From positions 5,208,001 through 5,272,000 of the forward strand of contig NC_089431.1 of NCBI RefSeq assembly GCF_026210795.1: 64,000 nucleotides of DNA, given 5' to 3'. The notes below the pieces were generated by a model. It was not told where the DNA came from. It was given only the letters and a program-made list of their open reading frames with translations, and searched no databases. Made by a program: the position numbers and the translations under genes. The DNA comes from Rhizophagus irregularis (Eukaryota). This document shows positions 51,761 through 64,000 of the stretch, in pieces; position 1 is the first letter of the stretch, and the number at the start of each line of letters is the position of its first letter.

Positions 51761-52360
51761 ACCTTTATACGATCAAACTACCTTTTTATTACAATTATTA
51801 TTATAACTCCCTTAATACAGCAATCAGTAGATTGCGTGCACAATCATTACTATAATTATGTAAGGTACAAAATTATTATAATCCTTTACATCAATAACGT
51901 TTAAGGTATTGTGAAAGACGTATTTATGTAACAATAATAAAGGATTTACGTGATATTATAACTGAATAATAATTATTATTATATGAAAAAGATATTTGCA
52001 ATTTGGATTGGCACTCGTGTAATCAAGTCAAAATTGAGGTTACGTGATCATACTAATTGCTTTGTGTGCTTTTAGTAAAAATTACAGACATTTCTTTTAT
52101 CTTGTACTTTGACTTGAATTCTGATTAAAGTGATCGTTCTCACTCTATTAACTTATGTCTCTTCATATAATTAAAAACAAAGCTTACAATTACTATGTAA
52201 TGCACAATGGTCATATAAAATTTTACTTGTATATAAATGTTTTAGCTATATATATTCAATATAAAAAAAATATTATACCACATCAAAAAGTAGTTGTAAA
52301 TTATGTCACTATTACCTATGCTGTGGCGCAGTAGTCACATGAAAATCTAGGTGATCGCAA

Positions 52361-52730
52361 CTTGGAAAACGGTAACCGTTAAAGTCTGTTGCGTTTATTT
52401 ACTCACGAAAAATAGCAAATTCAGTGTTACAAAAAAAAAAGAGGATTTTAGAAAATTGTTGTTTAAATTTGAATGTTAAAAATTTCTTCAACGTGATAAT
52501 TTTAAGAATGTTATTATGGAAAAGCTTTGCACAAATTATTTATTTAGTTATGTTTATATGAAATCAATTAATAAATTAATAAAGTGAACAAATCGATTTA
52601 TGACTTATCAGTTATGTAATATTTGTTGTTGACTTAGCAAAGTCTTTTAAATAAAATCTTGTTGTCACCTGATCGCCACGTTATGTTGAGGTGCAGCAAC
52701 ATTGATCGGGGGGAAGGGAAAGGGAAAAAT
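52361..52730 (-). mobile_element. Second copy of the composite Helitron2-like/HDV-motif element (far boundary unresolved)
   Basis: CTTGGAAAACGGTAACCGTTAAAGTC terminus with hairpin; colinear with 10103-10445. Confidence 0.6.
52624..52710 (-). ncRNA. HDV-like ribozyme candidate, copy C (decayed)
   Basis: Same motif with mismatches in P1, P2, P3, P4 and a 5-nt insertion in L3. Confidence 0.45.
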
Positions 52731-53094
52731 GAATAAGAAATAACAAATAATACTATCTATTATAATATTTTCCATTCTTTGTAAGTATATATTTATCCCC
52801 ACACACATGGTACCTTATAGAATCCTTACTATAAAACGCTGCACCACAATACCTTAGGTTATTACAAAAATAACTCTTCCACTTGAGACCCCAAAACTAG
52901 CCCTCCATTCCATATCCTCTATGGTCTGCTCATATGTAGGTGGTGGTGCATCTGGTACACCCTCACCGTCATTATTAGTATTACCTATAATTAACAAATA
53001 TTCATAAGTGTCTGCAGCCACCAGTATACATATGTCATCATTGAGAGTTCACCAAATCTATACAACTGGAATGGCAAACTATCAACCTGACTAT

Positions 53095-53312
53095 AACAGT
53101 TTACTATCCGGAAGACTTTCAGCTGTAACCTTGGATGCACCAAGCATGTCTCATGCGAGGCGTGAACCCTGCGGTGCGCACCTACTCATACGTCCATCCA
53201 GCAAACAGTTTACCATCCGGAAGACTTTCAGCTGTAACCTTGAATGCACCAAGCATGTCTCATGCGAGGCGTGAACCCTGCAGTGCGCACCTACTCATAC
53301 GTCCATCCGGCA
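53095..53312. repeat. Tandem duplication of a GC-rich 109-bp unit
   Basis: Copies start at 53095 and 53204 and differ at only a few positions. Confidence 0.95.
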
Positions 53313-53457
53313 AACTAGTTAATTTATACGTACCACATAATGCCCTAAAGTTTTGATAAGCTAGACCTCTATTGTAAATAGCTATCAGATTATCCTGGGA
53401 TTGTCCTTTAGACGATTTCTTATGTCGTGGCATTTGGGTGAAGTTGAATTTTTGTAT

Positions 53458-53553
53458 AATAAAAATTTATTTTGTAAAATTTTTCGTATCATAAAAATTT
53501 ATTTCATAAAATTTTTCGTATCATAAAAATTTATTTCATAAAATTTTTTCGTA
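53458..53553. repeat. ~32-bp tandem repeat x3
   Basis: TAAAAATTTATTTCATAAAATTTTTCGTATCA-like units. Confidence 0.85.
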
Positions 53554-53897
53554 TTGAAAAAATTATTTGGATATTTAAGACCTTTTTATATATTTTTTTG
53601 TTGTACAAACTTTTTATAAATAAATACACGAAAACGCGAAAAATAATCAGTTTTTCGCGCCTATTAAATAAAATCAACTCAGATAGTCTAATCTTCCAGT
53701 TTCCCACGGGTTTACACATGAAACGCAGAAAAAATCTTTAATACACATGAAAATGTGACTCATTATGATTATATTAATAAATATTATGTAATCCATAGTA
53801 AACATACAGTATACAAACTATTTGATTTAATATCAATTGCGCCACACAAGAAAACTTATTAAAGGATTAATCTATAATTTATCAAAATATAGTTGAT

Positions 53898-54678
53898 TAG
53901 TGCTCCGAATGATACGAGTCAACCCGGGTTAATTTGATCCGACTCGACTTTTAAATCGGGTCGGTACTAACGATTTTTAATGACCCGTGATCCGCATGAC
54001 CCGCATGACCTGACCCGCCAGGTCGGGTTATAAATTTCCTTGACCCGGGTTTGACCCGGATCGACCCGGATGTTTTTAATTCTGGGAAAATTATAATTTT
54101 GGCCAAAATTAAGCCAAGAATTAGTTTTAACAAATATTAACATAGCTTAATCAGAAAAATAAAAAAATTAACCTTTGGCTTTAGAGAATAATATTTTTCT
54201 GATAGCTTTAGAATTCCAATTTATCTTTGATTTGAATATCTGCTAATTATTTTGCCTAATTCTTTGACTTTTATTATATTAAACCAGGTTCAAAATTCGT
54301 ATTTTTAATTTTGTTTTATTTAATTAGTCTAGGAGAAAATAAGAGCTAGTGTTACATGTTTTGTATAACCATTCATGATACAAATTTCAGGTGGCTACTA
54401 GTGGTTAATCACTAAGTTGCCTTTTTTTCAAATAAAAAAAATTAATTTTGTTATTATTATAAGAAAATCTCACATAATATAACTGATAAGTTAGTACCCA
54501 TTTTACTTAAATGTTCGGGTCTAACCCAGGTTACACGAGTTAAATTATACTCGGTCGAGTCAAGGGTCAGGTTACGAAAATATGAGACCCGAATAAATAC
54601 GAGTCTTATATTTTTTTATTCAGATCGGGTCGAATATTTCCTCAAAACCCGACCCGACTTGACCCGGTAGGAGCACTA
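53898..54678. mobile_element. Non-autonomous hAT transposon
   Basis: TIR TAGTGCTCC/GGAGCACTA, perfect 8-bp TSD TAGTTGAT, subterminal GACCCG/CGGGTC repeats at both ends. Confidence 0.93.
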
Positions 54679-54921
54679 TAGTTGATCATGATTTATGATT
54701 AACTCGAGTCAAATATATATCATCAGAGAAAATTTTCCTACTTTTCCAAACCTGTACATTCGTGCTTCTCTCCATATAATACTTAACTCACTCATAATAT
54801 AAGTCTCTTATGATTACACTGAATTACCGTTTTCAAAATGATAACATTGTAAAGTGTCTATGCAATATTCTCTAAAATTGTTTAACGAGGCGTTTTACTT
54901 CTATTACAAAGAAAAGAAAAT

Positions 54922-55760
54922 ATGCACTCGTTTAATAACTCCATGACTGAGGAAGAGTTGAAGATGATTTCGACATTTCCCACTTTTCCGCTCTATCCTT
55001 TAATTAAATGCAATCAATGATTCATGGTAAGTTATGGTGTATTTGTCTCATAGCAGGATAATAGAAAAAATTAAAATATTTTTATGGATAGGGGCGAATA
55101 TGGTACGGAAAATGCAAGAAACGAAAACTTGAACCCTTTCCAAAGAACACGTTTAGGACGAAAAGTCGATATGAAGGGAACGATAAAAAATACTCCAAAT
55201 AAATTTGAAACGAAGTATCTGGTGGTATGACATCATTAGCTAGGCGTTTCTTCTTCATCTCGTGAAAAAATTTTGACGAAGTGAAGCTTGGTATTATGAT
55301 TTGAAAGGATGTCGACATGTAGATGACGATCAAAGGAAAAGTTTGGTAGTCTATGGATGGCTCCAAGTGGGTATGTTCACTTTCACATAAACCTAATATA
55401 CAGATTGTTTATCAGGCTTACTAATTGATACAGTTCATTCAACACAGGGTTTGAATTGAGCTTTTATGCGATGAACTGGTTCGGAGGTCTGTATAGGTTC
55501 GGCTTACTTGACCACTGCATATTACCATCTCAAGAAGATGAATGTGAGTTTTTTGAAGATATATATTGCATATTAAAGGAACTCAATGTATGTTATTTTT
55601 GTCTTACTGTTAAAATTAATCCGTGAATTGTTTGATTAATATAATCTTGTGCAGGTAAAATTATCACAAACTGAAAATTCAGTGAAAGAGCTGTATCGTA
55701 GCAATGTGGGAGGAAAGTGTCACGGAATTAAAAGGGAAAATAGTCCAGTTTTTTATACGT
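54922..55760 (+). pseudogene. Pseudogene of a PD-(D/E)xK nuclease-like / Crinkler-toxin-like family
   Basis: Fragments W|GE, GRKVDMKGTIKNTPNKFE..EVSGG, LVVYGWLQ, ELSFYAMNWFGGLYRFGLLDHCILP with introns, stops, frameshifts; family assignment from motif resemblance only. Confidence 0.5.
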
Positions 55761-56431
55761 TGTACATTTCTTTCTAGATAGTCTGTAAAGCCAAAAATTG
55801 AACATACTGATTTGCTAGTATTATGTAATAATTAATTAAATAATGATATTAGGTCTCTATAATTATGATCAAAGGATAATAGTGAGTATATTCAAGTCTT
55901 TAATTCTTCTGTATGTTATCTTATTGATAAAATTTTAAATCAAATTTAAGAAAGTATATTCGATTTGTCAATGATAAGCATTATACAATATACTAATATA
56001 TTTATAACCTAATTGTAAAATTAACTACTTACTGAATTCTTTCTCATCCACCTCTTTAATATCAATAAACTCATCATTCAAATAGTTAGATAAGAATAAA
56101 TAATGACAAAGAACATAGTTTTTGGATTGAACAAAAGATTATATATTATTCAATAATGTAAAATTTATTTTCATAATACAGTATTATTATTTTCGCCTAA
56201 ATTCGAATTATTCGTTATTGCAACAGTTAATATAAATTTTTTATTGATAATTTATAGATTTAATAATTTTAATAACTTTATTATATAGTAATTATTTAAA
56301 TTACAAACTAAGAATCTTGTTAAACATTTTAACTACTCTAATCTTAGTGTTTAAATAACTTAAAATAAAGTATAAATAAATGATAACAATTTGGAATATA
56401 ATATAATATTGTTTTAATTTATAAAGTCAGT

Positions 56432-58722
56432 TTAAAATTCATCTAAAGATAAAAAATTAACAAATTAGTGAATTGATTAGTTTTAATAGCTTTAAAAAGA
56501 AACTTATTTATTTAAGAAATTATCATCAGGAATTTCCAGTTCATCTTGTTCTTTTAAAAGAAAATTTGGATTATTATATATTTCGTCAATCATCTATAAG
56601 AAAATAAACATACTTAAAAAATAGTATAAGGATTATTCGTTATTATGTAAAATTTTCACCTACCATCGACATTAATATTTTGCCCTTTTATTTGTTGTTG
56701 AGTTATTTCTTTTTCATCATCTAAATTTAAATAAAGTCGCGTTCAATAATAAATAAATGAAATTAATATAATAATGAATTTTATTTGTTAGTAATTTATT
56801 ACTATTCTTACCATTTGAATTTATTTGCAACTTTTTAAATAATTTAGATAATTTTTTATTACTATCTAAAATTTAAGATATTGATTTAATATAAAAATTC
56901 AATCTTGATTTGACAAAAAAACAATAATTAAAATACATTACCTCTAAAAATGGTAACTATTTTTGATGATTTGTTATTATTCTGCTTATTTGATTTATCA
57001 AACTCGTTAACTAAAATAAATATCAATTATTAAACATCATTAAATGGTATTACTATTGTTAGAAATGTTAAAATCATACAATTTACTATGAAACGCTATT
57101 AGTAGTAATAACGAAAGTAAATTATTATAGTAACAAAAAAAATGGTAGAAATTATTGGTTATACCTTCTTGTTCTTCTATTATAATATAAATTCAAAAAA
57201 AGATCATTAATAATGTATTTTAAAATAAATACATTCGTTAATAAAATATTACCTTCTGTTGCATTTCTTGGTTCAGGTAGATTTTCAAAGTTGTGAATTT
57301 TACTTGTAAATAATTTGCTACTCGTATAATTTTCTTCTACCTTATTCCTTTCTAAATTATCTATTTCTGATTTTAATAATTCATCTGGTATATTTTGATA
57401 ATCTAAATTAATTTTATTCATTTTGGTATCAAGTGCATCAGCGTCAGGTCTTTTTAATGGATCAGCATCCCAACATTCTTTCATTAAATTTTTATATTCT
57501 AATGGAGTTTCTGACACAATTTCTGGCCTTATACCGTTAATAATATTCATTACAATATCATTTTCATTTTCATAATTTATAAATGGTGGTTGTCCTGATG
57601 AAATTTCCCACATAAGAATTGCAATACTATAAATATCAGATGCAAAAGTATATTCTTTTCCAACAATAACTTCGGGCGCTATGTAAGGAAGACTTCCATA
57701 TATACTTGTTGAAGATTTATCAGCAGGTCCACAAAATCCAAGATCACTAATACACCAACGACCATTAAGTTGTGAATATAATATATTTCCGGAATGCAAA
57801 TCTTTATGAATTGCTTTCTCAAAATGAATATAATAAAGCGCACGAGTTATTTGATTAATAATTTTCATTCTATCTTTCCATGTAAGTTTATTATGATTTT
57901 GTTGTAAATAATTTCTTAAATCTATATCCATTTTCATCATTACAAGCATATAATTTCCATTTGATGGATTTTGTGTTAAACCATAACATTGAACAATATC
58001 TACCCATTTATTACTTATAGTTAAATGTGATTTAGCCTAAATGACAACATACTATTGTTAATATAAAAAACATGATTTTATAAATAAATTTCAAATAAAA
58101 TTATACAAACCTCTTCAAACCAACTTTGATTTGCACTTTCAACATTTTCTAACGTTTTAAGTACTACTTTTGCCACTATGTTTTGTATTCCAGGTCTTTC
58201 AATTCTTTTAATTGTTTTTTTTTCAGAATCCCATTCTTCATAATTTCCATTAATCCAGTCTGCGGTATAGATTTCAGAGAATCTACCTTTTGTTAAATAA
58301 TTAATATTTTCCAAATTGTTATATGGAATCCATTCAACTATCATTTGTGGATTAAGTGATTCCATTTGACATTTCTGTATTAAATTGTCAATATCATTAT
58401 TCCCAGATGTCCAATTTGAAAATTTTTCTTTTAAATAATTTTGTACACAACATTCACAATATAATGTGGCCAAACATTCTTGGTTACAATTTTCACAAAT
58501 TCTTTTTGTTCCCGAATTAAAACTAATTTTATATCGATCATAATTTTTAGTCAATAATCTTATTGCTTCAGTTTTTTCATCATCTGTAAGAATTTTATCA
58601 GCAAGGACTGTTTGCTTTCGAAATTCAAATTGTTTGTGTATATCATTGTAAATACTAGTATCAATTGACATTGTTGCTCTTTTATTTGTTGCGTTAATTA
58701 ATTTATATCGAAGAGTGGACAT
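56432..58722 (-). CDS. TKL kinase K5, paralog of K3 with microexon tail (may end at 56504 because the last donor is lost)
   Basis: CENCNQECLATLYCECC, WTSGN, TKGRFS, VVLK, HKDLHSGNIL, DLG, YIAPE; 12-nt exon 57165-57176. Confidence 0.83.
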
Positions 58723-60239
58723 AATGTAATTTATAAATTGAGGGAGGAGAAAGAATTATTTTAACTTCGTTCATTCAAACCCGTAATAAATTAATAAAAA
58801 TGAATGCAAATTGCTGATCAAACTTCATGTTGTGCCCATATAAATTTGTGACCTTAAGGAGTAGTATTTGACGCCTCATGACCAAAAAAAGAAAACAATA
58901 TAATATGTTTCTACTAATAAATATTATCGTACTTTCTAATTTTTGTGTTTAATAAATTTGGTGTAATAAATAGATAGCCTTGTCAATCAATACCATTAAT
59001 ACCGTATTACCTAAGTGGTAAAAGAATAGAAAAAATTTTTTAAAAAAGCCAAAACCAGGGGGAAAAATTTTTTTTTTAGTTTGAAAAAAGGACCAAACCG
59101 AAAAAAGAAAAGGTTAAAATATTTATAAAAAAAATTTTCAAAAAGAAAAAAAAAAATCGAAAAAAATTTTAGAAAAAAATACCGACAAGGAAAAATTAAA
59201 AATATTCTGCGGTCGATTGTATCACTTCAAGAGAACGGGAAAGGAAAATAATTAATAAGAAAACAACATTAACTGCACGACAAGATTGGTCATTGGAACA
59301 TACAAATGACCATACTGCCAATCAAATTTTCTAACTATGATAATGAATCAGGCGCAGGTACATAATTCAAATTACTTATATAGAGCTTAATCTAAATATC
59401 TCCTAATATTTTTAATTATATAGATTGTCTGGTTTAACGAAAAAAATAATTAAATAAATTTAGTTGGTTTAACCATTAAATGAGAAACCAAAAGGAAAAA
59501 GGAAAAAAGTTCGTTCTATATTGCGCCGATCGCATTAACATGACTTTTTTTGCAAAAAAAAAATATATATATATTCATTCATGCAAATCATTTCGATGTA
59601 TTCGTCGTAACGTAATAAAAAAAAAATAATAAATCATTTTTTATTATAAATTCATGGTAACATACAGTATGTAATAATATGGTTAAACAAGTATTACTTA
59701 TCTCCTGGCTAATTAGGAATAAGTAAAATTTTACTATTCCAACTAGACCGGGATATAATTGATTTAAGCTTACGCCAACATCATTAGATAAAATGAAGAA
59801 CAGGATAAGAATATAAATTATTTATTAGTCATTTAACGTTTAACATTATATCTGTCATTTATTTAGTGAAATTAGCTAGCTGAATTGTCACTATCGCGTA
59901 ATTTGAAGGAATGTGTTTTCTAATATTATTGTATCCGGACACAAATTCTATATTTTATAAAATTTTCGTATTATAAGATCCGTAATATAATTTATATGAA
60001 GTATCCGATAAAATTGGATGCAATTATTAAATTAGAAGTTTTCGTGGTAATCAATCGTGGTAATAATATGTATAAATAACAAAGAATCTTTTTTAGTAAC
60101 CTTATAGAATTGTAACTTAATTCAGTAAACTTTATAATAATCGCTGATTTGGTTAGAATCATTATATAGGATATTCAATGAAGTTTACTTTTTTATTAAT
60201 TTTAGGTAGCTAATTAATTATACATTTAAAGGTGGACAT

Positions 60240-60400
60240 GATAACTAACTATGATTAATATAGCAACATACTTTAATCCACTACACGACTTAAACGTAAT
60301 TTTTCATTAGAAGACTATAAAATTGTCTTTAGCAGTACAATGATTAAACTTCCATTTAATTATGTTATATCCTTCAATAATTTAGCTATTTTTATTATAA
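60240..60400 (-). pseudogene. Orphaned TLDc remnant downstream of the BTB-MIF4G chimera
   Basis: IIEGYNIIKWKFNHCTAKDNFIVF..NENY..LSRVV matches ILGGYNPIEWK..TKDSFIF..NYILSRV of paralogs, with disruptions. Confidence 0.75.
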
Positions 60401-60428
60401 TATCTTATAATTTGTGTTGTGTGATCGT

Positions 60429-62467
60429 CTATAACTGAATCATTCCTAAAGTCAGCTCATTTATCAAAGCATCAATATTTCGTTGAGGATTCCAATCATT
60501 TTTTCGTAAATTTATAATATCCTAAAAAAAAAAAAAATTTATTAGATATTTTATTAATAAACATAATAAGAAAAATTCAAAAATATTTAACAAAATTTAC
60601 CATTAACATAAATTTAATGCGGTTTGACAAACTTGGAAGCTTTGATATTTTCTCTAAGCGATTGAAATAAGAATTCATACCTTTTTCTTTTGTTTTCTTA
60701 ATCTGTTTTTGTTTGACATGATCAAGTTGTTTCCCTACCGTATTCAATAATATACATAAACTTTCCATTTCTTCTTCTTTAGGTGAGTCTTTAAATATTG
60801 ATAATTCCGATATACAATTATGCATGATATTTTCTGTGAGCATGTTTAATTTAAACATTTCACCAATGAAACATATTAAACCCAGACCTTTTCTTTTAGC
60901 TTTTGCAGCCGCATAATATTTGTCTGATGTCAGATCACTTTCATTGGAAGACGATGGGATGTTAATTTTCCAACCTTTCTCAAAATCTTCTTGACAGTGA
61001 TTAATAAGATACTTTCTAAATAATGTACCACCTTGAACAGATTTACCATCGGTATTTTTGATACTTTCATCAACTATTTCAGGGTCAACTCTTTCCATCA
61101 TCTTACGACAAAGATAAGCATAAATTGCACAAAATTTTGAGTCATTACAAGATCTCTCAAATATTAGTCGAATAATTTCTCTTAATATACGTCCATCTCT
61201 TTCACCTCTTGACTTGTTACCATAAATAATAATTTGATCTGATAAAGATTCAAAATTTTTCAACGTTAATTTATTTAATAACGCATTAACTTTACGTTGC
61301 ACCATGTCAAGATGACCTGAACTTTCCGAAGTTAGTAATAATGTGCTTCCACTTCCAGTACGACCAAGTGCAGCTCGTCCAAAGATGCTTGAAGTAGTTG
61401 GTATTTCATTTCTCTTTGTCGAAGCAATAATACTTTCTTCACTTGTTTTCAAGGGGAAGAATTCAAATTCGTTCATTTGATTGAATTGAGACTGATTCGA
61501 ACTAATACGAGGCCTTGATTTATCACTTGACTTGCTATCAGGGTCCAAAAGACTTAAAAACGTTTTTAATAAATCTTTATATAATTCCTTCGGTAAAATT
61601 CTTTTATAAGGTAATACACTATCCATAAATTCTTTGGAAGATAAATTGTAAAATCTAATAAATGGAATACATTGTTGTGGAGTATTCTTTAAAGTATTGA
61701 AATCATCCTTTGAATATTTTTTAAAGTCAGTGGGAAGTTCCGGATTTTGAGCAAGTCCCCATTTAAGTAAATATTCCCAAATTTGAATTTCACTCATTTG
61801 AAGATTATCACTTTGAATAATTGTAATTAAAAGTTTTTCTGAAATTAAAGAAAAATTTGGAGATTTGAATATTTTATCAGGTTCCTTTGTAATTAAGTCA
61901 GTACAATATTTTTGAAGGTCCAAGAATGAATCATTTTTGAAACTTGTTTGATAAACGAAATCAAAATTTTGCTCCATCCAATTTGTCTTGTTTTTGACCA
62001 AAAATGATTGCAAATATACGATTAATTCTTGTAAACTAAGTTCACTAGCAGCAATCATTACATTAATTATGTCCAAGGTATCATATTCTTTCAAAGAGAG
62101 TCTTCCTCCATAAATATATCTACAAAAAAAAATCATCTATTCAGTATTTGCAAAATATCAATCATTTACAGTGTGTATTAAGAAAAAATAAAAACCATTT
62201 AAGTTCGTACCTTAAAATTATTGGAAATATCTCTGGTAAAATATTTGGTAATTTAATATGTGTCAAAGTTCCATTATTTTTCTTTTTATTCGTTGACAAT
62301 ATTCTTCGTAAATAAGGAGAACGATAATATAAAATAATAATGTGAGAACGGAAAATTTTTACGTCAGGATCATTACCAACTTCAATAGTAATATCATAAT
62401 ATTCTTCATCATTTAAAATTTCAAGTAAATTATGTGATAATTTTGGTAAAAAATTATCATCATCCAT
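60429..62467 (-). CDS. Chimeric BTB-BACK-MIF4G (eIF4G-derived) protein (exons 62467-62211, 62119-60601, 60521-60429)
   Basis: BTB/BACK as in paralogs, then VQRKVNALLNKLT, FCAIYAYLC, LFRKYLINHCQEDFE, RKGLGLICFIGEMFKLNML, EEMESLCILLNTVGKQLD, SNRIKFMLM|DIINLRKNDW. Confidence 0.9.
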
Positions 62468-62601
62468 TTTTAATAAATTTTAAATCGTTAACGAAAGGAA
62501 TAAGGAAGTAATTAACCCTAATTTATAAATAGTTTACCTTATAATTAACTTTCATATTCTGTGCAACAATTTAAATAATGATTAACAAAGCAAGTTCTTA
62601 A

Positions 62602-62914
62602 TAGAGGTTGGAACCGTCCAAAAAAACCTTAACCGGTTAATTAACCGGTTAATATAAAAATTTTTTGCTCCGATTTTTGATTTTACTAACACATTTAGTT
62701 GAAAGAAGAATATTTTTCATCAATACCATTATTAATAAATAGGAAAAAATTTGGTATTAAAACTTCGAGTTTGGGAACACATGACTGAAATTACCAAGTC
62801 TCTGAGCCGCATTAACTAAATCTGACCAGAATTACGGATTTATGGTCAAAATAGTTTTAACCGGTTAACCGATGTCTTAACCGGTCTTAACCGGTTCAAA
62901 CCTTCAAACCTCTA
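62602..62914. mobile_element. Non-autonomous hAT MITE upstream of the chimeric gene
   Basis: TIR TAGAGGTTGGAA/TTCAAACCTCTA, perfect 8-bp TSD GTTCTTAA, subterminal AACCGGTT repeats. Confidence 0.93.
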
Positions 62915-64000
62915 GTTCTTAAATCATCCGTCATACAATAAAAGTATGATTTCCAAAATTTAACATTTTACAATAAAATTAATAAAATTTTAATAATATA
63001 TCTAAATTTAATTTATTAAATTTATTAAAAACTGAGTGCTATATCCATATTTATTTCTTAGATATCAACATATCATAGATCTTCTAATAAATATTTGACT
63101 AAGGAAATTTTTGCAAATTTGAAATGATTTGTATCCCTAAATTGAAAGTATAATATCGATAATCATTCGATATAAAGTATTTTACTACACTTCAATAATA
63201 ATTACGACAATCTTTCAAAAATATTAAAAATCGAATATAGCTAAATAAAGTAAATTTAAAATGGAATAACTTTTATTTAATAATTTAAACGAAAGTTATT
63301 CTTGGATAGAAAAAAAAATATGATCCAATTAGAATTATTCTTATGAAATCTTTAAAAAATTTTTTTATTAATATAAACAGGATATTAAACTCGCTGCCGA
63401 AAAAATTATTTTAGTGTTTTCTGATGATGTAATTTGGAATATGTAACATGAAATGACATACATATATCATTTATCATACGAAAATAATAGTGTTTTGAGG
63501 TGCAGAAGTTGCAGGTTAATAATGGATTTATTCAATAACTATTCAATATGTTTCGATTGACAACATAGAAATTTATGCCTCATCATTACATTAGATGTCC
63601 ATAGAAGTGTGAAATCATTGGTAATTTAGAATATTCTATAAGATTGTTTAATTCATGTGATCCACGAGTCAACTGCAAACGATCTGCAGAAAATGGCGTC
63701 AAATAAAAGTGAAAATCATGTGAAAAAATTATGTAAAAAACAAACTATTTGGATAAATATTATGTATTAAAATATGTTGGTGTTGAATGGGTTTACATAA
63801 AAAGCATTATTTAAGGAACGAAAATCGGGTATCAGAAAAAAATTACTAATGTTCGACATAAATTTGCACCGAAATCATAAATGAATTTTTTGCAGTTGAC
63901 TCACGGATCACGAATTAATATTTTTTTGTCGAAAGTTTAGAGGAAACCTGTATGAATAATTTCAGTTTGTGATGATTTAATGCTTTTTGGTAATAATTCA

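Noticed and set aside
52624..52710. Plus-strand hairpin reading of the conserved motif (G-U compatible changes in copy C)
   Set aside because: Transitions give G-U on one strand by chance; the opposite strand explains the full HDV topology and copy A's wobble supports it
53095..53312. 109-bp repeat as CRISPR, 5S rRNA, tRNA, hammerhead or twister ribozyme
   Set aside because: No spacers, no 5S similarity, no cloverleaf, no CUGANGA/GAAA core; UAAC..CCAAGC..GAGG words do not give twister pairings
302..62467. Treating BTB and BACK-TLDc ORFs as separate two-gene operons
   Set aside because: Each pair is joined by a conserved GT-AG intron at IL(R/W)|YIYGG; the TTG starts in the ORF track are internal codons

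Overview
Very AT-rich eukaryotic (fungal) genomic DNA with short GT-AG introns. The gene families (BTB-BACK-TLDc arrays, HRDLHSGN/DLG tyrosine-kinase-like kinases, F-box/LRR) point to an arbuscular mycorrhizal fungus of the Rhizophagus/Glomeromycota type; this is inferred, not database-checked. Contents: five + strand and four - strand two-exon BTB-BACK-TLDc genes (one with a nonsense mutation); a tenth BTB gene whose TLDc domain was displaced by a captured eIF4G MIF4G domain; five multi-exon kinases plus kinase relics; a membrane-anchored fasciclin gene; an F-box gene; pseudogenes of a sugar porter and a nuclease-like family; and several non-autonomous DNA transposons with clear TIRs/TSDs. 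The two strongest observations are (1) a ~80-nt motif in three copies that folds onto the HDV ribozyme double pseudoknot, preceded by simple repeats and in two copies linked to Helitron2/Helentron-like termini, and (2) the BTB-BACK-MIF4G chimera. Splice sites and folds were read by eye.
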